From Eledone cirrhosa (lineage: Eukaryota), in assembly GCA_964016885.1 (NCBI GenBank), contig OZ024753.1, forward strand, positions 35,774,001 through 35,838,000: DNA of 64,000 bases, written 5' to 3'. The notes below the pieces were generated by a model, which searched no databases, was not told the origin of the DNA, and worked only from the letters and a program-made list of their open reading frames with translations. Position 1 is the first letter of the stretch, and every line of letters starts with the position of its first letter. Made by a program: the position numbers and the translations under genes. This document shows, piece after piece, positions 1 through 12,324 of the stretch.

Positions 1-3000
1 AGAGAAATGTCACTAGTCTTTATGGAAAGTTGGTGGTGAAAGAGAGAGAGAGTGTGTGAGAGAATGAGAGAGAGTGAGAGGTAGTGAGAGTGACAGAGAG
101 AGAAATGTCACTAGTCTTTATGGAAAGTTGGTGGTGAAAGAGAGAGAGAGAGTGTGTGAGAATGAGAGAGAGTGAGAGGTAGTGAGAGTGAGTAAGAGTG
201 ACAGAGAGAGAAATGTCACTAGTCTTTATGGAAAGTTGGTGGTGAAAGAGAGAGAGAGAGTGTGTGAGAATGAGAGAGAGTGAGAGGTAGTGAGAGTGAG
301 TAAGAGTGACAGAGAGAGAAATGTCACTAGTCTTTATGGAAAGTTGGTGGTGAAAGAGAGAGAGAGTGTGTGAGAGAATGAGAGAGAGTGAGAGGTAGTG
401 AGAGTGACAGAGAGAGAAATGTCACTAGTCTTTATGGAAAGTTGGTGGTGAAAGAGAGAGAGAGAGTGTGTGAGAATGAGAGAGAGTGAGAGGTAGTGAG
501 AGTGAGTAAGAGTGACAGAGAGAGAAATGTCACTAGTCTTTATGGAAAGTTGGTGGTGAAAGAGAGAGAGAGAGTGTGTGAGAATGAGAGAGAGTGAGAG
601 GTAGTGAGAGTGAGTAAGAGTGACAGAGAGAGAAATGTCACTAGTCTTTATGGAAAGTTGGTGGTGAAAGAGAGAGAGAGTGTGTGAGAGAATGAGAGAG
701 AGTGAGAGGTAGTGAGAGTGAGTAAGAGTGACAGAGAGAGAAATGTCACTAGTCTTTATGGAAAGTTGGTGGTGAAAGAGAGAGAGAGAGTGTGTGAGAA
801 TGAGAGAGAGTGAGAGGTAGTGAGAGTGAGTAAGAGTGACAGAGAGAGAAATGTCACTAGTCTTTATGGAAAGTTGGTGGTGAAAGAGAGAGAGAGTGTG
901 TGAGAGAATGAGAGAGAGTGAGAGGTAGTGAGAGTGAGTAAGAGTGACAGAGAGAGAAATGTCACTAGTCTTTATGGAAAGTTGGTGGTGAAAGAGAGAG
1001 AGAGAGTGTGTGAGAATGAGAGAGAGTGAGAGGTAGTGAGAGTGAGTAAGAGTGACAGAGAGAGAAATGTCACTAGTCTTTATGGAAAGTTGGTGGTGAA
1101 AGAGAGAGAGAGTGTGTGAGAGAATGAGAGAGAGTGAGAGGTAGTGAGAGTGAGTAAGAGTGACAGAGAGAGAAATGTCACTAGTCTTTATGGAAAGTTG
1201 GTGGTGAAAGAGAGAGAGAGTGTGTGAGAGAATGAGAGAGAGTGAGAGGTAGTGAGAGTGAGTAAGAGTGACAGAGAGAGAAATGTCACTAGTCTTTATG
1301 GAAAGTTGGTGGTGAAAGAGAGAGAGAGAGTGTGTGAGAATGAGAGAGAGTGAGAGGTAGTGAGAGTGAGTAAGAGTGACAGAGAGAGAAATGTCACTAG
1401 TCTTTATGGAAAGTTGGTGGTGAAAGAGAGAGAGAGAGTGTGTGAGAATGAGAGAGAGTGAGAGGTAGTGAGAGTGAGTAAGAGTGACAGAGAGAGAAAT
1501 GTCACTAGTCTTTATGGAAAGTTGGTGGTGAAAGAGAGAGAGAGTGTGTGAGAGAATGAGAGAGAGTGAGAGGTAGTGAGAGTGAGTAAGAGTGAGAGAG
1601 AGAGAAATGTCACTAGTCTTTATGGAAAGTTGGTGGTGAAAGAGAGAGAGAGTGTGTGAGAGAATGAGAGAGAGTGAGAGGTAGTGAGAGTGAGTAAGAG
1701 TGAGAGAGAGAGAAATGTCACTAGTCTTTATGGAAAGTTGGTGGTGAAAGAGAGAGAGAGAGTGTGTGAGAATGAGAGAGAGTGAGAGGTAGTGAGAGTG
1801 AGTAAGAGTGACAGAGAGAGAAATGTCACTAGTCTTTATGGAAAGTTGGTGGTGAAAGAGAGAGAGAGAGTGTGTGAGAATGAGAGAGAGTGAGAGGTAG
1901 TGAGAGTGAGTAAGAGTGACAGAGAGAGAAATGTCACTAGTCTTTATGGAAAGTTGGTGGTGAAAGAGAGAGAGAGTGTGTGAGAGAATGAGAGAGAGTG
2001 AGAGGTAGTGAGAGTGAGTAAGAGTGACAGAGAGAGAAATGTCACTAGTCTTTATGGAAAGTTGGTGGTGAAAGAGAGAGAGAGAGTGTGAGAGAATGAG
2101 AGAGAGTGAGAGGTAGTGAGAGTGACAGAGAGAGAAATGTCACTAGTCTTTATGGAAAGTTGGTGGTGAAAGAGAGAGAGAGAGAGTGTGTGAGAGAATG
2201 AGAGAGAGTGAGAGGTAGTGAGAGTGAGTAAGAGTGAGAGAGAGAGAAATGTCACTAGTCTTTATGGAAAGTTGGTGGTGAAAGAGAGAGAGAGAGTGTG
2301 TGAGAATGAGAGAGAGTCAGAGGTAGTGAGAGTGAGTAAGAGTGACAGAGAGAGAAATGTCACTAGTCTTTATGGAAAGTTGGTGGTGAAAGAGAGAGAG
2401 AGAGTGAGAGGTAGTGAGAGTGAGTAAGAGTGACAGAGAGAGAAATGTCACTAGTCTTTATGGAAAGTTGGTGGTGAAAGAGAGAGAGAGAGTGTGTGAG
2501 AGAATGAGAGAGAGTGAGAGGTAGTGAGAGTGAGTAAGAGTGACAGAGAGAGAAATGTCACTAGTCTTTATGGAAAGTTGGTGGTGAAAGAGAGAGAGAG
2601 AGTGTGAGAATGAGAGAGAGTCAGAGGTAGTGAGAGTGAGTAAGAGTGACAGAGAGAGAAATGTCACTAGTCTTTATGGAAAGTTGGTGGTGAAAGAGAG
2701 AGAGAGAGTGTGAGAATGAGAGAGAGTGAGAGGTAGTGAGAGTGAGTAAGAGTGACAGAGAGAGAAATGTCACTAGTCTTTATGGAAAGTTGGTGGTGAA
2801 AGAGAGAGAGAGTGTGTGAGAGAATGAGAGAGAGTGAGAGGTAGTGAGAGTGACAGAGAGAAATGTCACTAGTCTTTATGGAAAGTTGGTGGTGAAAGAG
2901 AGAGAGAGTGTGTGAGAGAATGAGAGAGAGTGAGAGGTAGTGAGAGTGAGTAAGAGTGACAGAGAGAGAAATGTCACTAGTCTTTATGGAAAGTTGGTGG

Positions 3001-3040
3001 TGAAAGAGAGAGAGAGTGTGTGAGAATGAGAGAGAGTGAG
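1..3040. repeat. Tandem satellite, 108-bp monomer with shorter (~98-bp) variants, ~28 copies, runs off the window start
   Basis: Constant core AAATGTCACTAGTCTTTATGGAAAGTTGGTGGTGAAA recurs at 211, 319, 417, 525 etc. (spacing 108/98), separated by (GA)/(GT)-rich linkers. Confidence 0.97.
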
Positions 3041-3161
3041 AGGGTGAGTGAGTGAGAGAGTGAGTGAGAGAGAGAGTGAGTGAGAGAGAGAGTGAGTGAG
3101 TGAGAGAGCTGTAACTCATCTTTATGTAAAGTGGGTGGATGGAAAAAGAGTGTATATATAT

Positions 3162-3313
3162 ACAAGGCCAACGATTACCCCAGTGCATTACTGTTACTTT
3201 ATTTTATCGACCTCGTAAGGATGAAAGGTAAAGTCAACCTCAGCATGCAAAGGGCCATAACTATGCTGCAAAGCAGTGTCTGACGCTCTACCGACACTAC
3301 CAAACCACCGCCC
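3162..3313 (-). mobile_element. tRNA-derived SINE family A, internally deleted copy
   Basis: Reverse complement matches the family A head (GGGCGGTGG) and body (TTTCATCCTTACG..GTCGATAAAATAAAGTA). Confidence 0.8.
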
Positions 3314-3332
3314 TGTATATATATATATATAT

Positions 3333-3530
3333 ATCATCATCATCATCATCATCATCATCATTTTACGTCCGCTCTTCCCCGCTTGCAAGGGTGGGCCAGG
3401 TCTTATTCAGCACAGCATCTCTCCACTTGTCACAGTCCTTCGTCATCTCCACCGTGAGCTTCAGCGATCTGAGGTCTGTTCTCACCACCTCCGCCCATGT
3501 TTTTCGTGGTCTACCTCTACCACGTCTTCC

Positions 3531-3533
<3 letters not shown>
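3333..3533 (-). mobile_element. RTE LINE family 1a, 3' end fragment
   Basis: Translates EGRRGRGRPRKTWAEVVRTDLRSLKLTVEMT, near-identical to the end of the ORF ending at 28460; (ATG)n tail; flanked by (TA)n. Confidence 0.9.
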
Positions 3534-3595
<62 letters not shown>

Positions 3596-3598
<3 letters not shown>

Positions 3599-3826
3599 CC
3601 AGACAGTCCACGCTGTAATGTGGCCGTGTAGGCAACACGGTAAAAACCTCCCAGCCCCACACTGTAAATGTGGTTGGTGTTAGGAAGGGCATCCAACTGT
3701 AGAAAACCCGCCAGACAGTCCTATGCGAGCAAGACAACCACTCCTGCCTCAAGTGGGAAAACCCCCGTCCAAACCCATGCAAGCGTGGAACACGGACGCT
3801 AAACCTGATGATGATGATGATGATGA
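3596..3826 (+). mobile_element. RTE family 1b 3' UTR/tail fragment
   Basis: Matches 6400-6616 (GGCCGTGTAGG..AGGAAGGGCATCC..CCATGCAAGCGTGG..GGACG..(ATG)n). Confidence 0.8.
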
Positions 3827-4917
3827 TATGTATATATACATGTGTATATATATTTACATAACTTAGTAATAAACAAAACACTTAAAATGTCATATTGATC
3901 TTTAAAACTTGGTTTGTTGCTAATTAAAAGCTGAAATTTCCACAGGGTCAGCTAGTAAACAATGAACTAGATAAGGTTAGAAATGGTCGGTTAACCATAT
4001 CACAATACCAGCTGTAAGGGTAATAATTGATTAAGACCATTTCCCCTGTGTAGCAGACATTCATGATAATCTTTATAGTTATTATGTTAAATGTTGTTGA
4101 TAATATTGATTTTAAAATGGAGAATGGCCTTTCATGGTAAACCAGTAAATATGACATTCCTTCAGAGGAAGGACCTGTGTGGGCGTGTGGGTGTGGTATG
4201 GGGGTGGGGTGGAGACAGAGAGGGGGGAGGGAGAGAGGTGGAAAAGGGAGACAGAGAAGGGAGAGAGAGAGAGGTGTATAGGGGATCGAGGGGGGGAGAG
4301 GAGAGAATGTGGTGGAGAAGGAGAGAGAGGGGGGGGGGGAGATATAAGTAGAGGGAGGAGGTGAGGGAAGGAGAGAGAGAAGCTGAGGTTTTGAGAGAAA
4401 GGGTGTCTATGGTTGGATGCATTTCTTTACTGTGAAAACAACTTTCAAAAGTATTTCAAAAGTCAATAAATTTATATTGTGTGTGCGTAAGTGGGGACAT
4501 GGAAATACTTGGTTCGGTGCCTGAGCACACGGTTAGCCGACCAGGAGTGAGAGACCCCCAGTCCTTGTTAGGACATCATTCTAGAAGTAGGAAAACTCTG
4601 ATGTAAAACCTGCAACTCAATCGCAGCCAATAATGTTCACCTGTTCTTCTTTGTAGATACCCCGTCACTGTTGTTCAGAGGGTGGGGTTGGTCCAGTGCA
4701 AGGCCTTTCCTCAGGTAAGAAAAGCTTCAAACGCAGGCATCACTTGATCTAACCTTCTTTCACATGTGTTGTGTGAAGATGGCATTTTCTCTTTTCTTTC
4801 ACTACAGCATATGCAGAAAGGGATCTAAGTCCTTGGCAGGGCTTAAAGGTCATGTTCGTGCCACCCACGTGTGAGAAAATGTCACGGGAAGGTAATTCAG
4901 CTATTATGTATATAGAT

Positions 4918-5180
4918 CATCATCATCATCATCACCTTTTTACATCCATTCTTCCACGCTAGCATGGGTTAGACGGGTTGTCCTGTTGTGGGCAGTGTCT
5001 GGTCGGCTGACCATGCCTTGCTCATACAGGAACTGATTTGGCTTGATTTCTACAGCTGGATGCCCTTCCTAACACCAACCTCATTTACAGTGAGTGCTGG
5101 GTGCTTTTTCGTGGCGCCTACACATCCACTTTACAGTTTGGGCTGGGTGCTTTTTTGCCGTGGCACCTCCACGACCACCT
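4918..5180 (-). mobile_element. SINE-like element with RTE-type tail (family C); second copy at ~7974-8244
   Basis: Shares the GGTCGTGGAGGTGCCACGG..AGGAAGGGCATCCAGCTGTAGAAA module with SINE B but has a different tail, CCCATGCTAGCGTGG..(ATG)n. Confidence 0.7.
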
Positions 5181-5540
5181 TGCGGTGGGGGGTGTGGGGG
5201 CATATTGTCTATATGCTTCAGCTTGTACCCATGGGAGGTCGGGTACTCTGTATTACTGCGTGACGCCAGAGTTCACGGTCGTGTGTCATTGCCTTTGAGA
5301 GGTGTAATTGGGTAAGGTCGGCTTTTATCACCTCATCCCAGGTCATCTTGGGTCTCCCCACTCCGCGGTTTCCATCGACTTCTAGTGCTCTGCACCTTTT
5401 TTACATACATATAAATATACCTATATATACAGATACATACATATATAAATGTAGATATATACATACATATATACACACACACACATATATATACATACAT
5501 ATATGAATGTAGATATATACATACATATATACACACACAC

Positions 5541-6616
5541 GCATAAAAGATGTAGTGGGATCACAGGTAAGCTAACTAAGAATATAGATTTTATATGTGG
5601 CCGGTGCTCTGGTGCAATAAGTAGCAGCAAGTGCCCACAGAATACTAGCTCATTCCATTGCACAGATGGTTCTATAGAAATAGTGGACAGCTTCCGTTAC
5701 CTGGGTGACAAAATCAGCAGTGGGGGAGGGTGCTCTGAAAGTACAGTAGCTAGAGTCAGAACGGGATGGAAAAAGTTCAGAGAGCTTATACCACTATTGG
5801 CCGCTAAAGGGTTCTCTCTAAAAATGAAAGGCAGGCTGTATGATGCCTGCATACGAACAGCAATGTTACATGGCAGCGAGACCTGGGCATTGTGTGCAGA
5901 GGATATACGCAGACTGGAGAGAAACGAAGCTTGCATGCTCCGCTGGATGTGTAATAGTAATATACGTGAACGGCAAAGCATAAACGAACTAAGGGAGAAA
6001 TTAGGAATAAGAGGGATCAGATGTTGTTTACTCGAGAGAAGATTACGTTGGTACGGTCACGTGATGTGCATGAAAGACGACAGCTGTATAAAAACATGCA
6101 GGGCGATAAAAATAGACGGTAGCCACGGAGTAGGCAGACCCAGAAAAACCTGGGACGGCTTGATAAATTCCGACCTCACACACTTGCACCTCTCTAAGAC
6201 AATGTCACTGGACCGAGATCTTTGGCGCTACACAGTCATACAGAAGACCGCCTTGCCTAAGTACAAAGCGAAATCTACAGTCAGTAGGCACCTCTAACAA
6301 AATACCCCCCCCCCCCCCCCCTAAATGTGAAGTTATGTTGGTACCACAACATCCAGTCCGAAACAAATGAGGTCGTGTAGGTGTCACGACAAAAAAAACA
6401 CACAGTCCATGCTGTAATGTGGCCGTGTAGGTAACACGGTAAAAACCTCCCAGTTCCACACTGTAAACGTGGTTGGTGTTAGGAAGGGCATCCAGCCGTA
6501 GAAAACCCGCCAGACAGTCCTATACAAGCAGGACAACAAATCTTGCCTCAAGTGGGAAACCTCCCGTCCAAACCCATGCAAGCATGGAAGATGGACGTTA
6601 AACAATGATGATGATG
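5541..6616 (+). mobile_element. 5'-truncated RTE LINE family 1b (RT C-terminal half, ORF ends 6297, long 3' UTR)
   Basis: IEIVDSFRYLG, RTGWKKFREL, AMLHGSETW, RRLRWYGHV, GRPRKTW motifs; (ATG)n tail; inserted in a (TA)/(CA) microsatellite. Confidence 0.93.
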
Positions 6617-6775
6617 ACACACACACACATATATATATACATACATATATATATACACAAACATATATATATATATACACACACACACACAAACATATAT
6701 CTATATATAGATACATACATTATATATATATATACCTATAGATACACACAAAAACACATTATTTATTTATATATA

Positions 6776-6963
6776 GGGCGGTGAATTGGCAGTATCGGTA
6801 GAGGGTTGGACGCCATGCTTTCTAGCACAGTTACATCCCTTTACAGTCTGAGTTCAAATCCCGCCGAGGTTAACTTTGCCTTTCATCCTTACGGGGTCGA
6901 TAAAATAAAGTACCAGTAATGTACTGGGTAATTTGCTGGCCTTGTGCCTAAAGTAGAAACATT
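6776..6963 (+). mobile_element. SINE family A
   Basis: Pol III A box TGGCAGTATCGG, B box GAGTTCAAATCC, shared body. Confidence 0.9.
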
Positions 6964-7060
6964 TATATATATATATATATATACCTATAGATAGATAGAC
7001 ACACACACACACACATATATATATATATTTATATATATATATATATACACCTATAGATAG

Positions 7061-7094
<34 letters not shown>

Positions 7095-7498
7095 TTATAT
7101 ATATATACTTTGGCATACATAATTGCTGCCACATCTGTTACATATTCCAATTTAGCCTATTTCACCAACATAGTAGTAAAGTGTAATTTGGACCAGTGCC
7201 AAATGAGGCAAAAATAACAACAAAAAAACCCCAGTAGGCTGATAAAGAGAGACAAGTTTAGAGACTAATTTTATTTTACACTCATTAGTAAAAGGAGTGG
7301 GAGAGAGACCACCATCAACCCTGTGGTCTTTTACATACACCCTAGTATATGTGGGTTGTGGAGAGCGGGGGGGGGGAGAGGGGGGTAATGCAAGGGGGGA
7401 GAGGTCATGAGAGAGAGGGGAAATGAGGAAGAGAAAGAGAGAGAGAGAGGAAATGAGGAAGAGAAAGAGAGAGAGAAAGATATATATATATATATATA

Positions 7499-7863
7499 GG
7501 CACATGGCTTAGTGGTTAAAGCATTGATTAAAGCATTGGCCTTGCAATCGAAAGGTTGTGAGTTCAATTCTCAGACTGGGTGATGTGTTGTTTCCTTGAG
7601 CAAGACACTTTATTTCACATTGCTCCAGTTTACTCAGCTGTAGAAATGAGATGATAGGGACCCCAGTCCCTATCATCTCATTTCTACTCCAAAAGTGGTC
7701 GTGGAGGTGCCACGGCAAAAAAGCACCCAGCACTCACTGTAAATGAGGTTGGTGTTAGGAAGGGCATCCAGCTGTAGAAATCAAGCCAAAATCAGTTCCT
7801 GTCCCACCCTTGCAAGAAGGGAAAAAGCGGACGTAAAATGAAATGATGATGATGATGATGATG
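7499..7863 (+). mobile_element. SINE family B (tRNA head, CORE-like domain, RTE-1a tail); 3' part repeated at 7864-7968
   Basis: A box TGGCTTAGTGG, B box GAGTTCAATTC, CORE-like CCTTGAGCAAGACACTT..CAGTTTACTCAGCTGTAGAAATG; tail nearly identical to the RTE-1a 3' end. Confidence 0.88.
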
Positions 7864-8243
7864 TTAGGAAGGGCATCCAGCTGTAGAAATCAAGCCAGAA
7901 TCAGTTCCCGTCCCACCCTTGCAAGTAGGGAAAAAGCGGACGTAAAATGAAATGATGATGATGATGATATATATCATCACCGTTTTACGTCCGTTCTTCC
8001 ATGCTAGTATGGGTTAGACGGGTTGTCCTGTTGTGGGCAGTGTCCAGTCGGCTGATCTTGTCTTGCTCATACTGCAACTGATTCTGGCTTGATTTCTACA
8101 GCTGGATGCCCTTCCTAACACCAACCTCATTCCTCATTTGCAGTGAGTGCTGGATGCCTTTTGTTCCATGGCACCTACACATCCACTTTACAGTGTGGGC
8201 TGGGTGCGTTTTTGCCGTGGTATCTCCATGACTACTTTGCAGT

Positions 8244-8290
<47 letters not shown>

Positions 8291-8381
8291 AGTCAGGACC
8301 CCGACGGCTGAGCTGTGGCTGTTTCGACAGCTAGATCCGAGTTGTCAAAACAGCCAGAGCTCAGCCGTCGGGGTCCTGACT
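8291..8381. repeat. 91-bp GC-rich foldback element (42-bp arms, 7-nt loop)
   Basis: Arms 39/42 identical in reverse complement; related half copies at ~11411-11450 and ~28517-28564. Confidence 0.9.
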
Positions 8382-8764
8382 ATAGAGAGAGAGAGAGCCC
8401 CCCCCCTCTTTCCTGGTAACTGGTCCCACATGAAGATGGTTTGTGTGTGTGTATTGACCACTATGCTAAGGAGCTGCTAATGTGATGGCACATGACATAG
8501 TTATTAGGGTGTTGTGCTGGGCTCACACTAACGAGGCTGTGAGTTCATTGCAAGGACCTGGCAGCATGTTGTCTCCTTCAGCAAGACACTTTATTTCACG
8601 TTGTTTCAGTCCACTTGTGGAATGCTCAGCCACTTACATGTTATAATTTCATGAGCAGGCTGTTCTGTTGATTAAAATCAACTGGAGCACTTGTCGTTGG
8701 CAGCAGCAGAAGTCCAACATATATTTGCATGTGTGTGTGTGTGTATGTTTATTAATCTGGTGTA

Positions 8765-8967
8765 TTAACCCTTTAGTATTTAAACCGGCAACAATTCTCT
8801 CACCTCTTTCTGTTCAAACCGGCCATAACCGACTGCTCATACAGATGTTAAGGTATTATTCTCAAAATAAATAATTTAAAAATCTCTTAAATTAGATATT
8901 ATGTGAAATAAAATGTTTACTATGAAAATACAATAGTATATAGAGTAATGTAAATGCTAAAGGGTTA
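8765..8967. mobile_element. piggyBac-type MITE; adjacent partial copy at 8975-9172
   Basis: TTAA-CCCTTTAG(C/T)ATTTA...TAAATGCTAAAGGG-TTA ends; interior shared with >10 copies in the window. Confidence 0.82.
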
Positions 8968-9630
8968 CAGCTGTTTGTATTTTCATGGTAAAGGCTTTAT
9001 CTCACATAATTATCTCACATAGTCTCAAGTCTATGAGATTTTGATAATGCTATTGTTTATTTTAAGAACGATATCTTAACAGCTGTGTGAGCTGCTGGTT
9101 ACGGCCAGTTTGAACAGAAAGAGGTGAGAGAATTCTGGCTGGATATGGCCAGTTTAAATGCTAAAGGGTTAAGTCTTTGGATAGCAAACCACTTGTGGTT
9201 TAGTTCAATATACTAAGCTATTTATTTCAAAGTGTTTATATTTATCTAAAAAAAACAACCTCCCATCATAATTTTATGTATTTTGGCATTAGGAAGGGCA
9301 TCCAGCCATAGAAAACCGAGCTAAAAATGGAAGGTGTGAGCAAGATGTGGTTACCTGAAGCTCACAGAGATGATGGTGAAGGAAAGCAATGAGTAGAGAG
9401 ATGGTGTGCTGAAAAGGACCTGTCCAACCCATGCAAGCATAGAAAAATGAATGTAAAGATGATGATGATATTCAAAATAGCATAGGTGTTATAATTTTTT
9501 TAATAAAATCTTCATTCTTAGAAATAGCACACTGTACATAGATAAAGACACCCACTTTCACACACACATACCCACACACAGGTGTGATATTTTTTATTTT
9601 GGTTCTTAGAAATATCACACAGCACATAGA

Positions 9631-9677
<47 letters not shown>

Positions 9678-10441
9678 CACACACATACACTCACACATAC
9701 ATCCACATACATACAGATACATATCGACAAATGTCATAGCACTTTTTGTTTTTTTTTAACAATGATCACTTGTGCATGTTTAAATGCACCTGTGCAGCTT
9801 ATGCTGGTTGCTATGCAGCTATTTGTATCCATTCATGATTCCCCCACCTAACTATCCATCAAAAACAAGAGTTAATTGTAGTTTCTAAAGATTATTATTT
9901 ATTGAATATGTTTGAATATTATTTGTGTTCAACCATATTGATATGAAACTGGCTCTGTGAGCTTCAGGTAACCCTGTCTTGCTCGCACATTCCATTTTTA
10001 GCTCAATTTTATATGGCTGGATGACCTTCCTAATGCCAAGATACATAAAATTATGATGGAAGGTTTTTTTTTAGATAAATATAAACACTTTAAAATAAAC
10101 AGCTTTGTATTATAGAATCACAAGTGGTTTGGTATAGAAAGACTTAACCCATTAGCATTCAAACCGGCTGTAACCAGCAGCTCACACCAGTTTAAACTCA
10201 TTAGACCATATGGTAAAAAGCTCCCAGTCCACACTGTAAATGCGGTTGGTGTTAGGAAGGGCATCCAGCCGTAGAAAACCTGCCAGATAGTCCTTTACCA
10301 GCGAGACACAGTCACCCAACCAATCTTGCCTAAAGTGGGACAATTCCCGCCTAACCCATGCTAAGGTGGAACATAGACATTAAACGATGATGATGATGAT
10401 GATATATATATATTACATATATTATTTAACAATGATAGTTA

Positions 10442-10765
10442 GTGCGGTGGATTGGCAGGATCGGTAGAGGGTCGGACGCCATGTTAGGGCGGTGGAGTGG
10501 CAGTATCAGCAGAGGGTCGGACACCATGTTAGGGCGGTGGAGTGGCAGTATCAGTAGAGGGTCGGACGCCATGTTAGGGCGGTGGATTGGCAGGATCGGT
10601 AGAGGGTCGGACGCCATGCTTTCCAGCATAGTTACGTCCCTTTACGATCTGAGTTCAAATCCCGCCGAGGTTGACTTTGCCTTTCATCCTTACGGGGTCG
10701 ATAAAATAAAGTACCAGTAATGCACTGAGTAATTGCTGGCCTTGTGCCTAAAGTAGAAACAATTA
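10442..10765 (+). mobile_element. SINE family A with four tandem 46-bp heads
   Basis: Four GCGGTGGA(T/G)TGGCAG..GTCGGAC(G/A)CCATG units then one body; 17-bp direct repeat ATTATTTAACAATGATA at 10421 and 10762. Confidence 0.9.
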
Positions 10766-11061
10766 TTTAACAATGATAACAAAGGCAGGTTATTTTACAT
10801 ATTTTATTCATTGTTTTACAATCGTTTCAGAGGGTTGATCATATTGATATACTGACTGATCTATAGCAGTTAGAGAACTGTATCCTATGAGACATAATAC
10901 ATGGGTTCGATCATAAATAATATGTAATATATCAGACTCTATATCTGAAAGATTAACCCAGCGAAACATGGAACCAATCTCTGGATTTCACTGAACTACT
11001 TGCTAACGGATTACATTGAGTTCTAACTATGGTATAGACCCTACTACGAAAGGTAGACCAT

Positions 11062-11102
<41 letters not shown>

Positions 11103-11106
<4 letters not shown>

Positions 11107-11385
11107 CTATATGCGCGAGACAAGGTCACCCGACCAATCTTGCCTCAAGTGCGACAATTCCCATCTAACCCATGCTAGCGTGGAAGATAGACGTTAAACG
11201 ATGATGATGATATATCATCATCATCATCATCATTTAACGTCCATCTTCAACGCTAGCATGGGATAGACGGTTTTGTTCCATTTGATGCGGGAATGGTCGG
11301 GAGACCATGTCTCAGTCGCATGGAAGTGTCTCTGGCAGGTTTTATTTTACATCTGGATGCCCTTCCTCACACCAACCACATTTAC
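11103..11385. mobile_element. Two RTE-type tail fragments, tail to tail
   Basis: + copy ends GACGTTAAAC(GAT)n at ~11210; - copy begins (ATC)n TTTAACGTCC at ~11215. Confidence 0.75.
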
Positions 11386-11444
11386 ATTACATATATATAT
11401 ACGAAATGATTCAGGACCCCGATGGCTGAGCTCCGGTCGAACTT

Positions 11445-11484
<40 letters not shown>

Positions 11485-12324
11485 TTCAACTGGTTTCAGT
11501 CACTAGGTGTTAAACAACACACGTTAAACACACACACACACACACACACATAATACACACTCTCTCTCTCACACACACACAAATATACACTCACATGCAA
11601 GCAAACTCATAAATATTCTGGAGTGAAGAAACTAGGTTGGAACCACAGAGGTAAAACAGAAGGAAACAAGAGGGTAGAGGGGAGCCTAGTGGCTGTGGGT
11701 GAGGCTGGGGCTGGGGCTGAGGGTTGGGTGATTAGATTAGATGCTAGAGGGAAAAATCTGGCTTCTTTATTGGATATAATGTTTCAGAGTAAAATGTAGG
11801 AACAAATAAAATAAATAAATAATTAAAAATGGAAGGAAAGAAAGAAAGAGAGAAATAAAGAACGACAGAACGAAAAGAATGAAAGAGGGAAGAATGAAAA
11901 AGAAAGAAAGAAAGAAAGAAAGAACGACATAACGAAAGAAAGAAAGAAAGAAAGAGAGAGAGAAAGAACAACATAACGAAAGAAAGAAAGAAAGAAAGAG
12001 AGAGAGAAAGAACTACAGAACGAAAAGAGAGAAAGAAAGAAAGAAGGAATGAAAGAAAGAATGACAGAAGGAAAAAGAAGGAAAAAGAAGGAAAAAGAGA
12101 GAAAGAGTGGAGAAAATTGCTGGCTTCCATTGATATGAAATTTCATAATAACGGATTAAGAAATGGTAAGATTTGAAAATATTGTTGGCAGAAAGTGGCA
12201 GAGTTTTGTGGAGTTAAAAAACCTTAGCCATTCCATGTCAGAGTGTGTCTCCTACAGAGAATATTGTCAAATGTTACATAGTCTGTTGACTGAGAAACTC
12301 AGAGCTTAACCCCAGGGTTGGGGT

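Noticed and set aside
1-3040. CRISPR-like look (37-bp constant core with spacers)
   Set aside because: Spacers are near-identical GA/GT runs, there are no cas genes, and the context is eukaryotic
4657-4714. Exon candidate with good splice signals
   Set aside because: No recognisable peptide; the neighbouring AGGAAAACTCTGAT motif suggests a decayed RTE 5' region
6776-6868. tRNA genes at SINE heads
   Set aside because: A/B boxes are present but there is no complete cloverleaf, and each head continues into a SINE body
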